Positions 11,410 to 25,564 are shown, numbered from the whole stretch's first letter. The stretch is DNA of 63,873 nt, filler included, from Reticulomyxa filosa (GCA_000512085.1; 22 parts of 22 records of this genome joined end to end with filler, not necessarily neighbours in it); one strand, 5' to 3'. The notes: generated by a model not told the origin, from the sequence alone. A program made the numbers and translations.

Positions 11410-12869
11410 GACAACTGATAACTACGATGTGATTGTACCTGAAAATATCACTTCAAGAAACAAATAAGTTGATGATTTGTTCAACTCACGCATCACAATT
11501 CTTGTAAAAAAGTATTTTCTAAAGAATATGAATATTGCAGCTGATAAGACTTGTACTACATTTTTCAATTTCTAATTTCGTGAAAAATTTTTAAAAATTT
11601 ACAATTTGGAAAGAGATTGTTTCATACTTGAAATTTTTATCTGCTTTTTCATAACATTTGCAAAGTGTGTTGTGTGATTGTCTTACAACAACGAACGCGC
11701 TACTTATCAAAGTGACAAACATAATTATTCAAGCTAAAAGCTTAACATATGCCATTAAAGTGCAATTTGTAAAAGAATAACAATTTTGCAGAATCCTCTC
11801 TTTCCTTTCTTTGGCAAGTTAAAGATTGTGAATGATAATTATCATTTGAAGGATATGATAAGGAACTACAATAAATATCCATTAATGAAAATAAAACGTT
11901 ATATATGATCGAAATCACTCAAAAAAATAATTATAAAAACAGATCCATAAAATGTATAATTGTTCGAGTTAGTAGTTTCATTTAAACGCCAAAAAAAAGA
12001 ATGTACAAAGGTATAATGCACATGATAATTGTTGTACTTTTTTTTCATGTTACATTACTTACTTTCTCTTTAAAAAAAATAGACACACATAAGCCAGAAG
12101 ATATGATGTAAACAAGCTTGTTGTTCGCTATTAAAAGACAAGCATTACACCTTCGAAAATAAAATAACTGTGACTAACTCCCTCTTGCAACCCATTGTTT
12201 TGATTGACAATTTGATATAATCTTTATTTCACAAAACAAATCAAAATACAACAAATAGATCACATTATTATTTAAATTTTTAAAAACAGTTTTTTATTTT
12301 ATAACAAAACTGGATCATTTTTAAAAAACAGGTTCAAAAAAATTAAAAAATGACCCATAATTTCAATAAAATGACACAACATTAAATATTCGTAAATATC
12401 AAAGACTATTCATTCTGTTGCTTTTTAAAAAATAGTTGATGATTTGATAGAGGTTAATAACAACATTTGATGTAGCCCTTTTTTTCCGTTTTTTATGCAC
12501 AGTTCACTCTATTTTTGTTTTGAATCCACTCCATGTTTGTTGACAGCTCTATTTTTATTATAGCCATGCAATCGCAGTCATTACTTTACCTCTTTGTTGC
12601 TGTTGTTCTTATTCTGGTGAACAGACTTTAGTTAGCTTTTTTTTTCTGATGAATTAAAAAAAATAATGAGTATTCTTTTGAGCGTTATAATTTTGTGATT
12701 GTTATTTGTATGTACTTTTTCTCACGGTTTTGTGATTGAAGATAGGCTCCCAACATTATAAATTATCGTTGTGTCATCAAGTTTTTGAACTTTGGAAAAA
12801 AAATTATTCTCTTTTTTTTTTTAATTTTTATTTTATTAAAAAAAAAAAGGGTGTGAGTTGAACTTCTAA

Positions 12870-15495
12870 AAGTTAAGAATGTATATGTGTGACTTATTAC
12901 AAAAAGATTTGTACATGCAATCCTGAGTTATTTAGTGATCGGAATAAAAGTGGATACATTGGCAATGGCCTGGCTGACAAAAATACAATTTGGTGGGAGG
13001 CCTTCTGGCAACAGTTTTCGCGTATAATGGTGGAACAACAAAAGAGCGGACAAGAGACATATAACAACATGCAAAAAACAAAAGTGATGTTGAAGGAGCT
13101 GAGTGACATTGGCTATATGTTGCTGCTATTGTGGATTAGTTATCACGTGTAAAGCAATTGTATGCTGTTGTACGATGTCATTACCAACATTCCATCCTTT
13201 TGAAACGTAGTAATTATCCACAGTGACAAATTTATCAACTCTCAAATCATCGAATCGATGGCAAGCTCGACACAACAGCGTGACAGGCAAGAGAAGCAAT
13301 TTCCACGTTGAGACTTAGCACGGCGTTTCAGAACACACAAGTTGTCCCGGTCTACTTTATCAATTTTTTGATCAAATGGGTGTCGCCAAGGAATAGCACA
13401 TCCCCGAATCGAACGTTGCTGCAAATAATTGCAAATCATCTTGCACACCAGTGAAACATGGAACTCTTTGTTTGATGTTGTCGATGTATTTGCGATCATG
13501 GAATACTGGTGCGTTTGAATACGCAAATAGCATGAGTGGTCATATGCACTCTTTACGTGTATTTTTTTTTCTCTCATCAATTATATTTTCTATCAAAAGA
13601 TTGATCTCAGCATTGCTTTTTAAATATTTCTGTTCCCAATTTTTTGAAAATGCTTCTAATTCTTGTGGATTGCTCCAATCCTCAAACTCTATGTGAATGC
13701 CTTCTTTCCAACTTCACAGCCAATCGTTCAAGTTATATTATATTAGACAATGATAACAATTGTGGACATGATTGAATGGTTGTTGCAAATGGTCTTGATC
13801 GTAGTTGGAGAATTAATCAAAGGCTTGAGACTAAGTAGTTGTGTCGACTACTTCGAATTACACTTGCAATATTGATTGTTGCTTTGATATAGTCTACTTC
13901 AAATAAGGTAAGATCTCAAATTTGGAGTGTTGTTCTCAAATGTCATTCAAATACAACTCCAACGTACTATTCACATTTTGCCGAATCATGAACAAAAGCT
14001 TTTGAACTATGCACTTGATATTCACTATACCATCTTCACTTTGTTTTCCACATTATTTGTGAATATGACATCAGAATTAGTACGCACTTTCGATTGGTTA
14101 TCTTTTTCCAAATTCAATGATGCTAAGTTCGATTCGTACGTTCATTGCCTACAAGCTGCATTATATTGTCCAATTTCTTCATTGTCTTGTTTGCGCAGCT
14201 AATTCAATTAAAATGCCATGTGTTTGTTATCTTTGTGTGTGCTACTACCAATTTTGACAAAGTCACTTTATGTGTTTCCCCGTTTATCTATTATAATATG
14301 ATCATATTAATTCTTTTCTCAACAACCATAATATATGAAAACATATATTTGTGTTTTTTTTTAAATTTTATTTTAAATATCATAATATTAATATATTAAT
14401 TCGAAATAATCTTGATTTTCTACATGCAATAAATTGAATAATCACCAATTTTTCATTTAATAATTTGCGATTAATAGATAATTTTTTAACATGTTTTCCA
14501 AATTGTTGTTGAGACTGTTGATAATCAATATTAAGAATATCGTATTTCCATGAAAGAATATTAAATATAATTTTATGTGCATCATAATATTCTTGACATG
14601 ATTTATATACAAATTGATATTTATTATGACTAAATCTCCTTAATACATATTTCGCAATACTATCACCATTGAAATATTGTTCCCAAGTGCCTATGTGTTT
14701 GTGATAGATGTCTTATCTTCATTTGTTTTAAACTATAATTGCAATCTCATCAACTGTATCACAATATGGTACCAATATATTTGTTTGCGATCCACCAATG
14801 CATTTTCTCGTTCTTGTCACTGAATAACAAGTTGAACAGTTTGCTGACGCTGTGGTGCCTGCTAAAGTAACAGGCCAAATGCCAACTTTAGGACAATACA
14901 ATGATGTACGATTGCAATTTGGCGATAATTCAATACTTTTTCTTTTTGATAACAGATATTTGGCGCATATTGATATTAAATTGCCAGTGGAACTGCTGTT
15001 AGTGCAAAAGTGTTTTATATCTCCGGCGCAACCTTTGGAAAAGCACAACGACAACATCCGTCGTCTAATGATGAAGTACTACACTTATTCAACAAACATG
15101 ACAATTGCGTCGGTGAACCATTGTAAGCACAACATCCTATTGTGGTTGTTGAAGATACATATTCAGAATGATTGTATGAATTCGTGGAATAATCATAATA
15201 TGTTGCTGTTTTGTTTTTTTATTTTGTTTTGTTTTAATTGTTCAGTGAAAACGTATATACAAAAAACTTTCTCTTCTTCTGATCGTTTACATTAACACAC
15301 CTCTTGGTATTAAGCATCCATCGTATGTCTGACGTTGGGATGGATAAGTACTGTTGCAAACACGTTTGGAATAAATTCGAAGTAAATGCATCATCCATAC
15401 AGGTTTGGAAAGAGTCTTGATCACCTTGGGATCAATATAGTTGACAATTGTCCTTAATTTCCTCTCTGCGGTCCGCCATTGACATCATAATAGTA
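12870..15495 (+). pseudogene. Heavily decayed remnant of a large protein gene
   Basis: Protein-like fragments in alternating frames (12889-13152, 13927-14202, 14852-15200) with many stops and frameshifts. Confidence 0.35.
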
Positions 15496-15595
15496 NNNNN
15501 NNNNNNNNNNNNNNNNNNNNNNNNNNNNNNNNNNNNNNNTTAATTAATTAANNNNNNNNNNNNNNNNNNNNNNNNNNNNNNNNNNNNNNNNNNNN

Positions 15596-17826
15596 GGGGA
15601 AAAAAAAAAGAGTTACTCTACAAACAAACCTTCGCAGTGAGAGCCACCCCCTCCACCAAACCCACCATCCGAGCCATAGTCGGGATGATAGGTTTCCCCG
15701 CCTACTCCTCCTTGCTCAATACACTGTCCGGCGCATTTTTCATAGCTGTCGCAACTCTTCAAGGCTTTGGACAGGTGCAAACTTCCTCCACATCCCCCTC
15801 TTCCACTGTAACCCAATCCACGTTTATCTTTCAAATGTGCGTCTGCATTTGCATCTGACACAGCCAGGCCATCCACGCCATTGGACGCAAAGTCTTGCCA
15901 ACAGGCTCCATTTCCTCCCGCAGCAACGAGCAAGACTTCAGATATACTTTTCATCACAAACGTACCGCCTCCACCTCCGGCTCCACAATTGCCATTGGCT
16001 TTATCCCAATCTTCACCCATTTGTCCAACCAGAATTTGCAAGATTTCATGCTTTTTCAAATAAAATATTCCTCCTACTTTGCTTCCTAATCCTCCTCTCA
16101 TCACTGTTCGCTTCGAAAGTCGGTTATCCCCCCCTTTGGCACCCAGTGCAAGGATCGAGTACTTTCCGGTGCAAGGAACTTTCCAAAATTGAATACCATG
16201 TTTTAAAGTGACCTGTTTGTAATGTGATTGATGTTGAAACTCATCTCCGATCGTCGTTGGTCCGAATCTCCCTATTGCATTTAAATTTGTGAAAACAATT
16301 TCTTTGAATAAATCCATTTCAAATTCTTTTGCTTCACTCCATTGTGAATACATCATAGTTGTCATTGGCAAAAGTTGAGTTGGATCATTATCGTGATGTG
16401 CGATACTTCGCATCTCAATGGACAAGCGCACGGCTTGTTTCCAATACTTGGCCATTTCTGACAGTTGCACCTTTGCCTCTCCGTCACTCCCTTGCACCTC
16501 CATTTCCAAACATCCGCTCTCACTGCCTTCTTTTTTTTCCTCGTCGCTCTCGTTACTGTCTCTCTCCCTCTTTTCAATACCCATTTGTTCCTTGTCTTCT
16601 TCCTCTTCATTTGGAGAGACGTCCATATCATAGATCTTGTTGAACTGAACCCGTAATTGCGCCTTGCTCTGAGTCAGTACGATGCCGCTGATTCGAGGCC
16701 ATTCCCAAAGTACCTTAATTAAATTAGTTTAAATAAATTTTTTAAAAAAAAAAAAAAAAAAAGAGAGGGTCCATTCTTTATTTAATGAACAATACAAGGT
16801 ACTACATTTTAAAAAAAAAAAAACTTGGATCGTTTGAGAGTCAATAGATTGAATGTCCGTGATACGTGGTGGCAACAAAATGATTCGAAATACATCTCCA
16901 TAGGTTTGTAAGACTTGCAACAATTGAGCCTCATTCTTGTTGTAAAATCCAACAGCTGCTGTCAATTCAATTGGTTGTGTCCTGGCAATGCCTCCTTGGC
17001 TTTTTTGGAAAATATTTTCATGTTGACGAATTAAATGCAACAACTCTTCTTTTCGTTTTGCCAGCTTGTCAAAGTTGTCACAAGGTTGCAATAGTGAATA
17101 ACAATTCTGGTTTGTTTGTGCGAGTTGTTCGATAATGTCGTCCATTTCTAATTTTGTTTTTGTCAATTCGTCCACTTTTTTTTTATAAACCTCTTCTAAC
17201 ATTATTCCAACTGATGCTTCCCTTTCGTCCAGTCTCGTTCGCATCTCCTCAAAATTTTTGCTTATTTCTTGCTTCGATTTCTCTTTTGATTCCCCCAACA
17301 TTTCTATCACTTGCTCGATTTTCATTCCGAGTGCTTTTACGTTGTCAATCTCTTCTGCTAATCTTTGCATCTCTTTCTTTTCTTCTGGTTCCATAATGAT
17401 TATCGCTTTCTTTTATTTTTTTTCCAAAAGAAAAAAAACAACTGGCTCTTTTTTTTTTTTTTGCATGTTTAATGAAAATGCTATTTTTAAACCTGCTTCG
17501 ATAAACTTTTTGCGACACGAATAAATTTTCCTTTTAGTCCTGTCTTATTTATGCTGAGCGATGACCATACATGTTGCAAGTCTTCTTCTGTCAAGTTTTC
17601 AAAATCTTCCCTTTGTTTTGTATACAACAAAAAGCTGCTTAGTGAGAGCGTGCAAGAAAAATAATAATAAAAATGCACAGCAAAACTTGGTGTCAAATCC
17701 TTGCGCAGTTAAACCTTCATATAATGCACCTAAGTAAACTGATTCCAACCATACTTTGAAATTTTCTCCAGTTTTTCCTATTTCTCCTTCTTCTCTTTCG
17801 CCTGTTACTGTTCCTGTAGTGTTCAT
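15596..17826 (-). CDS. SAM + coiled-coil + FN3-like + ALK/LTK-type glycine-rich domain protein, 3'-partial
   Basis: ATG at 17826. SAM-like FKVWLESVYLGALYEGLTAQGFDTK|EDFENLTEEDLQHVWSSLSINKTGLKGKF; coiled coil 16900-17394; FN3-like PPRITDIQSIDSQTIQ|VLWEWP...YSQWSE; then FTNLNAIGRFGP...GIQFWKVPCTGKYSILALGAKGG...LQILVGQMG...GGGGGTFV...LLVAAGGNG...GGFGGGG. Confidence 0.8.
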
Positions 17827-18517
17827 ATTGTTTGTAAAAATAAATCTTCCCCTTTTTTTTTTTAAAGAGGCACAAAAAGCTGTTGGTAAACGTGCTGGTT
17901 TAAATGCTGTGGCAGCGTTGCAATTCAATGAGCTTAAAAATGAAATACGAAAGGGAGTTATAGCTAAGCCTGATAGACCGAATAAAAATTGAGTCAGATC
18001 TAAATTGGACTCCATCAAAAAACCTAATTAAAACGACACTGTTAGAGATATGGAGCTATTTAAAAAAACCACAATTTCACATTAAAAATTAAAAAATTTT
18101 GAATAATCGTTATTATTTAATCTTTTTCAAAAAGCGTTGTTTTTAAGCGTTGGCGCTACTGCAGTATTGCTATTAGTTTGGAGTGTGTTTTTTTGAAAAA
18201 AACATAAATCAATAACTGCTTTCTCTTTTATTTTTTCCCTCCTTTTGTACAATCAACAAATTTTAATTGGCAAAACGTAATTTTTTCTTTCCCCTCCCTC
18301 TTTACACAGCTTTTTTTAAAAAACAACACTTTAGTTGGTGTACTTACAAAGATACAAAAAAAAATCTTGTTTTTGAGAAAAAAAAAAAAAAAAAAAAAAG
18401 ACAAATAATTACTATTTNNNNNNNNNNNNNNNNNNNNNNNNNNNNNNNNNNNNNNNNNNNNTTAATTAATTAANNNNNNNNNNNNNNNNNNNNNNNNNNN
18501 NNNNNNNNNNNNNNNNN

Positions 18518-19002
18518 TTCGATTGATTGAAATTAAATTGCATGATTTATCCAAATGGTCTTTCAATTTTTTTATTTTGTCTTTAAAATTACAACTCGGA
18601 TTGGATTGGTTTTCATGTCCTTCTTTTTCTCCTGTTTTAGCTCCTTCATTCCATTGTAAATTTACATTCAAATTGTATTGTTGAGGACAAATGACTAATA
18701 ATTCTGAAATATGTTGTCTTGCAATTTTATTCTTCGAAAATTCACAATGATCATGTATGTTGTTGAATTGGACATTTTCCATTATTTTGTTTCAAATATG
18801 TTTGCAAACACTCTTCTCCAACCAAATATGCTTGCTCAGAATTTTCGTGTTCGTCGCATTGTAATTCCACTGCGTTATTTGCAATTTGATTACAAAGACA
18901 GCAGACTAATGTGTCGAGTTTTTGTGGTTCTGTTGTCAAAGAAACCCAATCTTTCTTGTAACAGCCAGAAACAGAAAAGAGTTCTTTGTTGTGCTCCATC
19001 TT
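18518..19002 (-). pseudogene. TRAF-type RING / zinc-finger protein, frameshifted, 3'-partial
   Basis: CCLCNQIANNAVELQCDEH...GEECL...KCPIQQH, then a 4-bp ACAT duplication (about 18752-18760) shifts the frame to DHCEFSKNK..LLVICPQQ..SCNFKDKIKKLKDHLDKSC (TRAF Zn finger). Confidence 0.75.
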
Positions 19003-19950
19003 TTTTTCTTCTCCTTCCTGAGCAACTAAAAGCATTATTTCTTTACAATAAATAAAAAAGTTTTTTTTTCTTGATTAAAGGGTTTTAATTTGAACAGGCA
19101 AGAACTTAGTTTTCCACGGCGTCAAACTTTTTGAAAGATATTTTAACTTGCTTAGAACCTTTGTTCCTGTGTCATAATTAGAGCATAGTAAAAAACTCCA
19201 ACAATAATCAGAAAAAAACGTTTACATGAATCAAGTGTTTTTATTTATCCTCGAGAAAAAAAATATAAATGACATTTGAAGGGTATTGAATCTATTTTGT
19301 CAACTCTTAGAGGTTCTTCAATGCCTAAATTTCCAGTGAATTAGAGGACAATATTATTTGAATCAATAAATAATTTGATTTTAAATATCCAAGTTAATTT
19401 GCAGTAAAATAACATGTATAATATGTAAATATTTGATAACATTATTCGGATTTTTACTTTGGTTGAAAACAATACTATGTTTTTCAAATATTTTCGTTTT
19501 TCCAAATGATTAATGAATGCGCTTTTATTTGAAGAAATAATAATCTATTTTTGTAAAATAGATTATCAACAAGAAATAAGATTCGATCAAAAAACAAATA
19601 ATATACGATTACGAATCAATTGAAAATACATTCATTCATTATTCATCTTACACTTTTGAGAATAAATCTTTTGTAAACATTTATTTAAAGAAGTGGACTT
19701 ATGATTGAATTTTATTTGTCAAAAAACATTTTTGATAATGGTAATCAGAAAGAGAAAGCATTTCTTCTCTTTCCAAATCAAACAACAAATAATAATAATA
19801 ATTAGTAACAAATTGAATTTAATTCGTAGTGGGAAACACAATCAATTTGGNNNNNNNNNNNNNNNNNNNNNNNNNNNNNNNNNNNNNNNNNNNNTTAATT
19901 AATTAANNNNNNNNNNNNNNNNNNNNNNNNNNNNNNNNNNNNNNNNNNNN

Positions 19951-20449
19951 ATTATTATAGTAATGATATTGTGAAAATTTTACACAAATTACTTGAGCTG
20001 AATGTTCATTAAATAATTGAATTTGCTTGTTGTTATCAATGTCCCATAAACGAACTGTTTTGTCATCTGATCCAGAACAAATAAATTGATTACCAGCAAG
20101 TATTGAATAATCAATACTATTCACCCAATTTGTGTGTTCAGTGAATGTTTTCAGTAATTTCGAAGTTGAATAAAATGATTCAAGCATAACAATAGTTGCC
20201 TGTATTTATAAATAATTGAATATTTTGTTTGTTGTTGAATAAAAGATAACATAACATATTTGACAACAAGTTTGTCAAAATTATGAATCCATCCTAATTT
20301 AATGTTTAATATTCGAATCCAATATTGAATAACTATTTGAATCTCTTCTTCTTGTTCTAGTTGCTTCAATCACAGACACTTACAATAAATACAGCTTTTT
20401 CAAAAAGCAAAATGAAGCTTACCAATGTCAATCGAGTTGGAGTTGTCAT
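19951..20449 (-). CDS. WD40-repeat protein, N-terminal part (3 exons), 3'-partial
   Basis: MTTPTRLTL|QLEQEEEIQIVIQYWIRILNIKLGWIHNFDKLVVKY|...HTNWVNSIDYS..ICSGSDDKTVRLWD. Confidence 0.85.
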
Positions 20450-21189
20450 CTTTTAACACTTTTTTCTCTTGAGCTTGCTCTCAGATTGTAAGGGGAAAAA
20501 ACGTTTGAACTTTGTAACACTACACAAACAAGGGACATGAAAAATATTAAATGATAATTTTATCTCAATGATTAGAAATGGTCATTTTTCTGTTTTATTT
20601 GAAGATAATTTGATCCATTTTTTCACTTTGTCTTTGGATGTGAATGAAATAGAACGATATCATTTTTATGCTTTATTTTTACCAGTTTAAAAATTATTCA
20701 AATGTAGTATGATACAAGAAAAAATTAACTGTTTGTTTTTAATCAAAACAAGTAATTACATATTACTATCAATCAAATCAATACTATTCATATCTTTGTT
20801 ATTACTTCGTAGTAGTAAAATATAGACGAATGTCATTATTCATTAAAAACATGAATTAATTCATTTATTTTTACAAATAAAAATTGGATATCTTTAATAT
20901 TAATATCATGTTATTACCAAAATTTTGTACATACACTTTTTTTTAAAATTAATATAATATAATTTTTTAAAAAATTTAGAATTTAAGAATTTTAATGAAG
21001 AAATAATATCTTGGTCATTGTTATCTTTTTTGATATTATTATTATTTTGCATTTTTTCCTTTTTATAACGAACATTTGTTCTTATTCGGNNNNNNNNNNN
21101 NNNNNNNNNNNNNNNNNNNNNNNNNNNNNNNNNTTAATTAATTAANNNNNNNNNNNNNNNNNNNNNNNNNNNNNNNNNNNNNNNNNNNN

Positions 21190-22564
21190 TAAAAACCCGT
21201 CAAGATCTCCAACTAAAAACCCGACGAGAATACCTACACACCCTCCAACACACAAGCCCTCGGTTCCTCCAACTCGTATCCCAACAGCGATTCCAACCAA
21301 ATACCCAACCAAACGCTCCACTCAAATTCCGACGAGCAAACCTACCAAAAACCCAACCGCGAATCCATCACTGGTGACTACAACAAGCGCGCCCTCGAGG
21401 GCATGGTCCGCACCGACTGTAAGCATATTTCACTCAACGCGTAACCCAACAAGTAATCCAACCACAAAATTGCCAACTACAGCGAAACCAACCACCGCAA
21501 AGCCCACCACCGGCAAGCCTACTACCGCTTCCCCAACTAACGCAAAACCGACTAACTCCAAAGCTCAAAATTTGGAGGTGGTACTCAATCCGACAACTAG
21601 TAAACCGACCACTGCAAAGCCAACCTCCAATCCCACTCGAAGGTCTACTAGCAACCCTACTCAAAAACCTACAAATAATCCCACTCAAAGGCCTACCAAC
21701 AAACCTACTCTTTCACCTACTCACAATCCGACGCATTTTCCTACCAATAAACCTACTCTTTTGCCCACCAATCAACCCACCGATAAACCAACTTTTTTAC
21801 CTACAAAAAAACCGACCTTTTCTCCCACTCAGAGATCTACTTTTTTTCCGACCGATAAACCAACTCTTGAACCTACAGAAATGCAAACAACTACCAACGT
21901 TCCGAGCTCCTCAGCGCCAAGTCCGAGTGCAAGGAGAGATGACATATTCACACAAATGACATCTACTCAAGAAAGCGGCTCCTCCGAACAAAAAAAGAGT
22001 GAGCCAGAGGGGGGAGTCGATGATAGTACCACTTCAGAGCCACAAGTTGAAAATTCGGAGTCCTTTGTTCCTTCAACGACTAAAAATGATCCAACAGAAG
22101 AGCCTGTCGAGGTCCTGACAACAAATTCGGATGAAAATCAACCCTCCTACTCCCCGACGTTAGCGACTGCTGCGGATTCAATATATACCAAGGCTCCGAG
22201 CTCAAAAGAAAACGGTGATGAAGAAGGAGAAGTAAGTTCATCACAACAACCACAATCGACAATAGTGACAACAACCGATGCTCCCGATGAAGATATATCT
22301 ATGACAGTTGGATGCGGAAATAGTTCTGATTGCAACTCTAACAAGACTCATATTACCAAAGCAAAGAAAACCGTCAACGACGAAACTAAACAGAAAACTA
22401 AGCCAAAAGATACTCTTTTATTGTTTGTCGTCGTTGTCGTTGGCATAATCATGGTTTTAATAATTGCCATTGGCATCTTTATTTACAAGCGGAATTCAAG
22501 TAAAAAGGTAAATATAGTCGAAAAGGTCGAAATTGTCAGTGATCAAACTAGCGCTAGTCATTGA
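21190..22564 (+). CDS. Mucin-like Pro/Thr (PTxx) repeat single-pass membrane protein, 5'-partial
   Basis: PTTAK, PTxxP and PTxx repeats; S/T/E-rich stalk; TM helix LLLFVVVVVGIIMVLIIAIGIFIY followed by a basic KR; short tail. Confidence 0.85.
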
Positions 22565-23027
22565 GTATTTTTTTTTGTCTTTTTTTAAAAATAATTTTGT
22601 AATTTTAATAGTGTAGTAAAAATCTTTTTTTTTTTTTTGTATTGTGCTTCATATCAATTTAAAATTTAATTTAAAGTTTAATGTTTTAGAAATCTGCAGT
22701 CACTCTTTTTTTTTTTTTAAGATTTTTGATTTTGCAAAGTACAAAAAAAATTTGAGGAAACGAAACAAGGTGAGAAGGCCAGCATTTATCGTAGCAATAT
22801 ATTTACGTGTATAAATATATATAACAAAAAAGTCCACAGGATAAAAGGGATCAAGACGAATACAATAAAGTAGAAATATGACAAATCAAAAATGGAAGTA
22901 AACAACATGATTACAAAAAAAAAAAAANNNNNNNNNNNNNNNNNNNNNNNNNNNNNNNNNNNNNNNNNNNNTTAATTAATTAANNNNNNNNNNNNNNNNN
23001 NNNNNNNNNNNNNNNNNNNNNNNNNNN

Positions 23028-23770
23028 ATATTTGGCAGCTGCCTCTTTAATTAGTCATTTTCCATATATCTCCTTTCGTTGTAATCTTTTTCACGAAGCA
23101 CTCTTCATTTGGTTCCGAAACAGTAACAACACATTCATTGGGCGAAATTGTTGTTATAATCGCTACTTCATCCATGTCTTCACTTTTGCCTGTGTGGTTT
23201 TCATTCAAACCAAAAAAAAAGCATAACCTAATTTCAAAGTCTTTTTCTATTGCTTTATTCGGTGATCGAACATGTATATACAACAAAACATTGGCTTTTT
23301 GATTTGCTATGAGCTGCATCAAACGCTATAGATTGGAAATGAGCCAGTGTTGCCATACATTTGTAATGAGTAGGCTGATGCAGCTACAGAACAAATGAAC
23401 GATCCACCTCTCCAGTCTGCTGTTGTTATGTTCGTATTGATGATCGATGTTGCCGTAATGGCAAATAATCATCTTTTCTTTCACTCCATTGTCAATGCTG
23501 TTTTTGTTTTGACTGAAATCCACTTTGATAATTATTATCTCGACTCAAGTCACTTGCGTGAGATATTAATCAAAACAACAAGTCGAGTAAGAGGCAATCA
23601 TCACAGCAGGGGCGTCTCGAAGCAGTTGATATATAGTCACATTTCCATGAAAAAGGGGTGGCCGACATAGCATCGGCTCTTTTCTTTCCACATTTAGCTT
23701 GTTTGTTTCATCCAATGCTTGCTCTCATCCTTCTCTTCTTCTTTCGTCCCTTCTTTTTCTTTGTTCATAT
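23028..23770 (-). pseudogene. Decayed coding remnant, unknown family
   Basis: Broken ORFs 23047-23322 and 23326-23523 with codon-like composition. Confidence 0.25.
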
Positions 23771-24606
23771 CTTTTCTCCTTGTAAATAAATTCCTCCTCC
23801 ATCTCTTCTAGGGTAACACATGATCTATCTTTTTATGATAAGCTCGATGATGCAGGGGTTTTTTTTACTCTCAAACGACCTAAAGTCTTTTCGATGTTTT
23901 GTGCTTTTTTTTCAAATAAAGTTATTCAGTATCTAATCGAAAAAAAAACAAAAAATTGAAATCGATATTTTGCTTTTAATTTGTTTGTTTATGATATCAT
24001 TTCTCAATTTGAACTCAGTCAATGTCATATATCAATTTTTAATTCTACAAAAAAGGGTTTGAGATAACGAAGCATATACAAAAATGTGTTCTGGTGGATA
24101 TCTTATTTTGATCAAGGATAGCAGCTTCAAATGATTTGTTATTCAGATAACAAAAAAAAAAGAAACATCAAAGGAAAAGAAAAATCCAATGGAAGGAACC
24201 AAAAAGAGACAAAAGTTATGAAATTTTGGAATGAGTTTGGCAAAGTATTGGAATTGTGAGTGTTAGAAGATAACCGAAATAAAAAAACGAATTATTGAGC
24301 TGTCTTGATTCATTTCTACAAGATCTTTTTGAAACTCCAATCAAATTGCAGATACTTGATTACTCTGTTTAAAAAAGAAGAAATCAACATACGAATAATA
24401 TCAATAACAATAACAATTGTACATCTGTTTGCATTTATGAAATATGGAATCTTTTACACGACATCCAAACAATTTCAGCAATGTTTTGATTTGGTTGAGA
24501 TTTTATNNNNNNNNNNNNNNNNNNNNNNNNNNNNNNNNNNNNNNNNNNNNTTAATTAATTAANNNNNNNNNNNNNNNNNNNNNNNNNNNNNNNNNNNNNN
24601 NNNNNN

Positions 24607-24683
24607 CTGGAGACATGATTTCATTTTGTAATAAGATATCCACACTTTCATCATTATCATTATCATTATCATTATCATTATCA

Positions 24684-24729
<46 letters not shown>

Positions 24730-25564
24730 CAGATGCAAATTGATCACTTTTTTGTTGGGTCTTTTGAACATGATTCACAATGGTGCATTGCAAATCACCA
24801 TCAGCTGTCGTTTGCACAAAAAAAGAGATATGCCCTCGTTCCCATTTCAATTGTTTAAAGTCCGTCAATGACACGTCGACACGTATGTCACTCCCTTTTT
24901 TCCAAATGCGAAAGGTGTCATTCGGACAAAACCTCGACACAAATGGGATCCACGACGTAAACTTCCAGTCGATTTCCATATAAAAATCTTTCTTTTGAGT
25001 GAGTTGGCGACGCACCCTTGGCACTCGTAATGACACACTCTGTTTCATCAGTTTGATGTTTGCTGCAAACAGCTTCCTCAATATATCTCTTTGACTAGTT
25101 GATATGGCCTCGTGGATACTTGTCCATCCTTCCGAGGTTACTACGCTTGGAGACGCTCCATTTTTTAATAATATCTCCACTCCCTCCGTCCATGACGTCA
25201 GGACACTCAAGGTCAAGGCCGTGTAACCGTGATGGTCCAATCCATTAATCGCTCGCTCTCGATATGGTGTTAATGCATCCTCGCACTTGGGCAAGGTCGA
25301 AATTGCCTTTTCCAATGCTTTCCCATCTTTTCTAAGCACTGCTGCGTGCAGTGGGTAATTCTCCGGCAATCCTGCCAAACGCTTCTTTTCTACTTCCCTC
25401 GTTGATACTTTCAATCTATTATTCTTCTCCTCCGCTTCGTCGTCTTCCAATGCGTCATTCGAAAATTTAGTTACATCTTCAGAGAGTAAGGGAGAGTCCT
25501 TATCTTGTACAGCATCGTTTTCTCCACTCTTTCCCGCATCCTCACTTCCAAAAAATCGAAACAT
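24607..25564 (-). CDS. ANKRD13: Ankyrin repeat domain-containing protein 13 family, 3'-partial
   Basis: Ankyrin repeats (YPLHAAV, GYTALTLSV, GWTSIHEAI) followed by the family signature DFYMEIDWKFTSWIPFVSRFCPNDTFRIWKKGSDIRVDVSLTDFKQLKWERGHISF; poly-Asn (AAT)n insert. Confidence 0.9.

Noticed and set aside
24650-24730. (AAT)n/(GATAAT)n, (TA)n and (TG)n tracts (also near 43900, 46726 and 47050)
   Set aside because: Ordinary microsatellites or poly-Asn, typical of AT-rich protist genomes.
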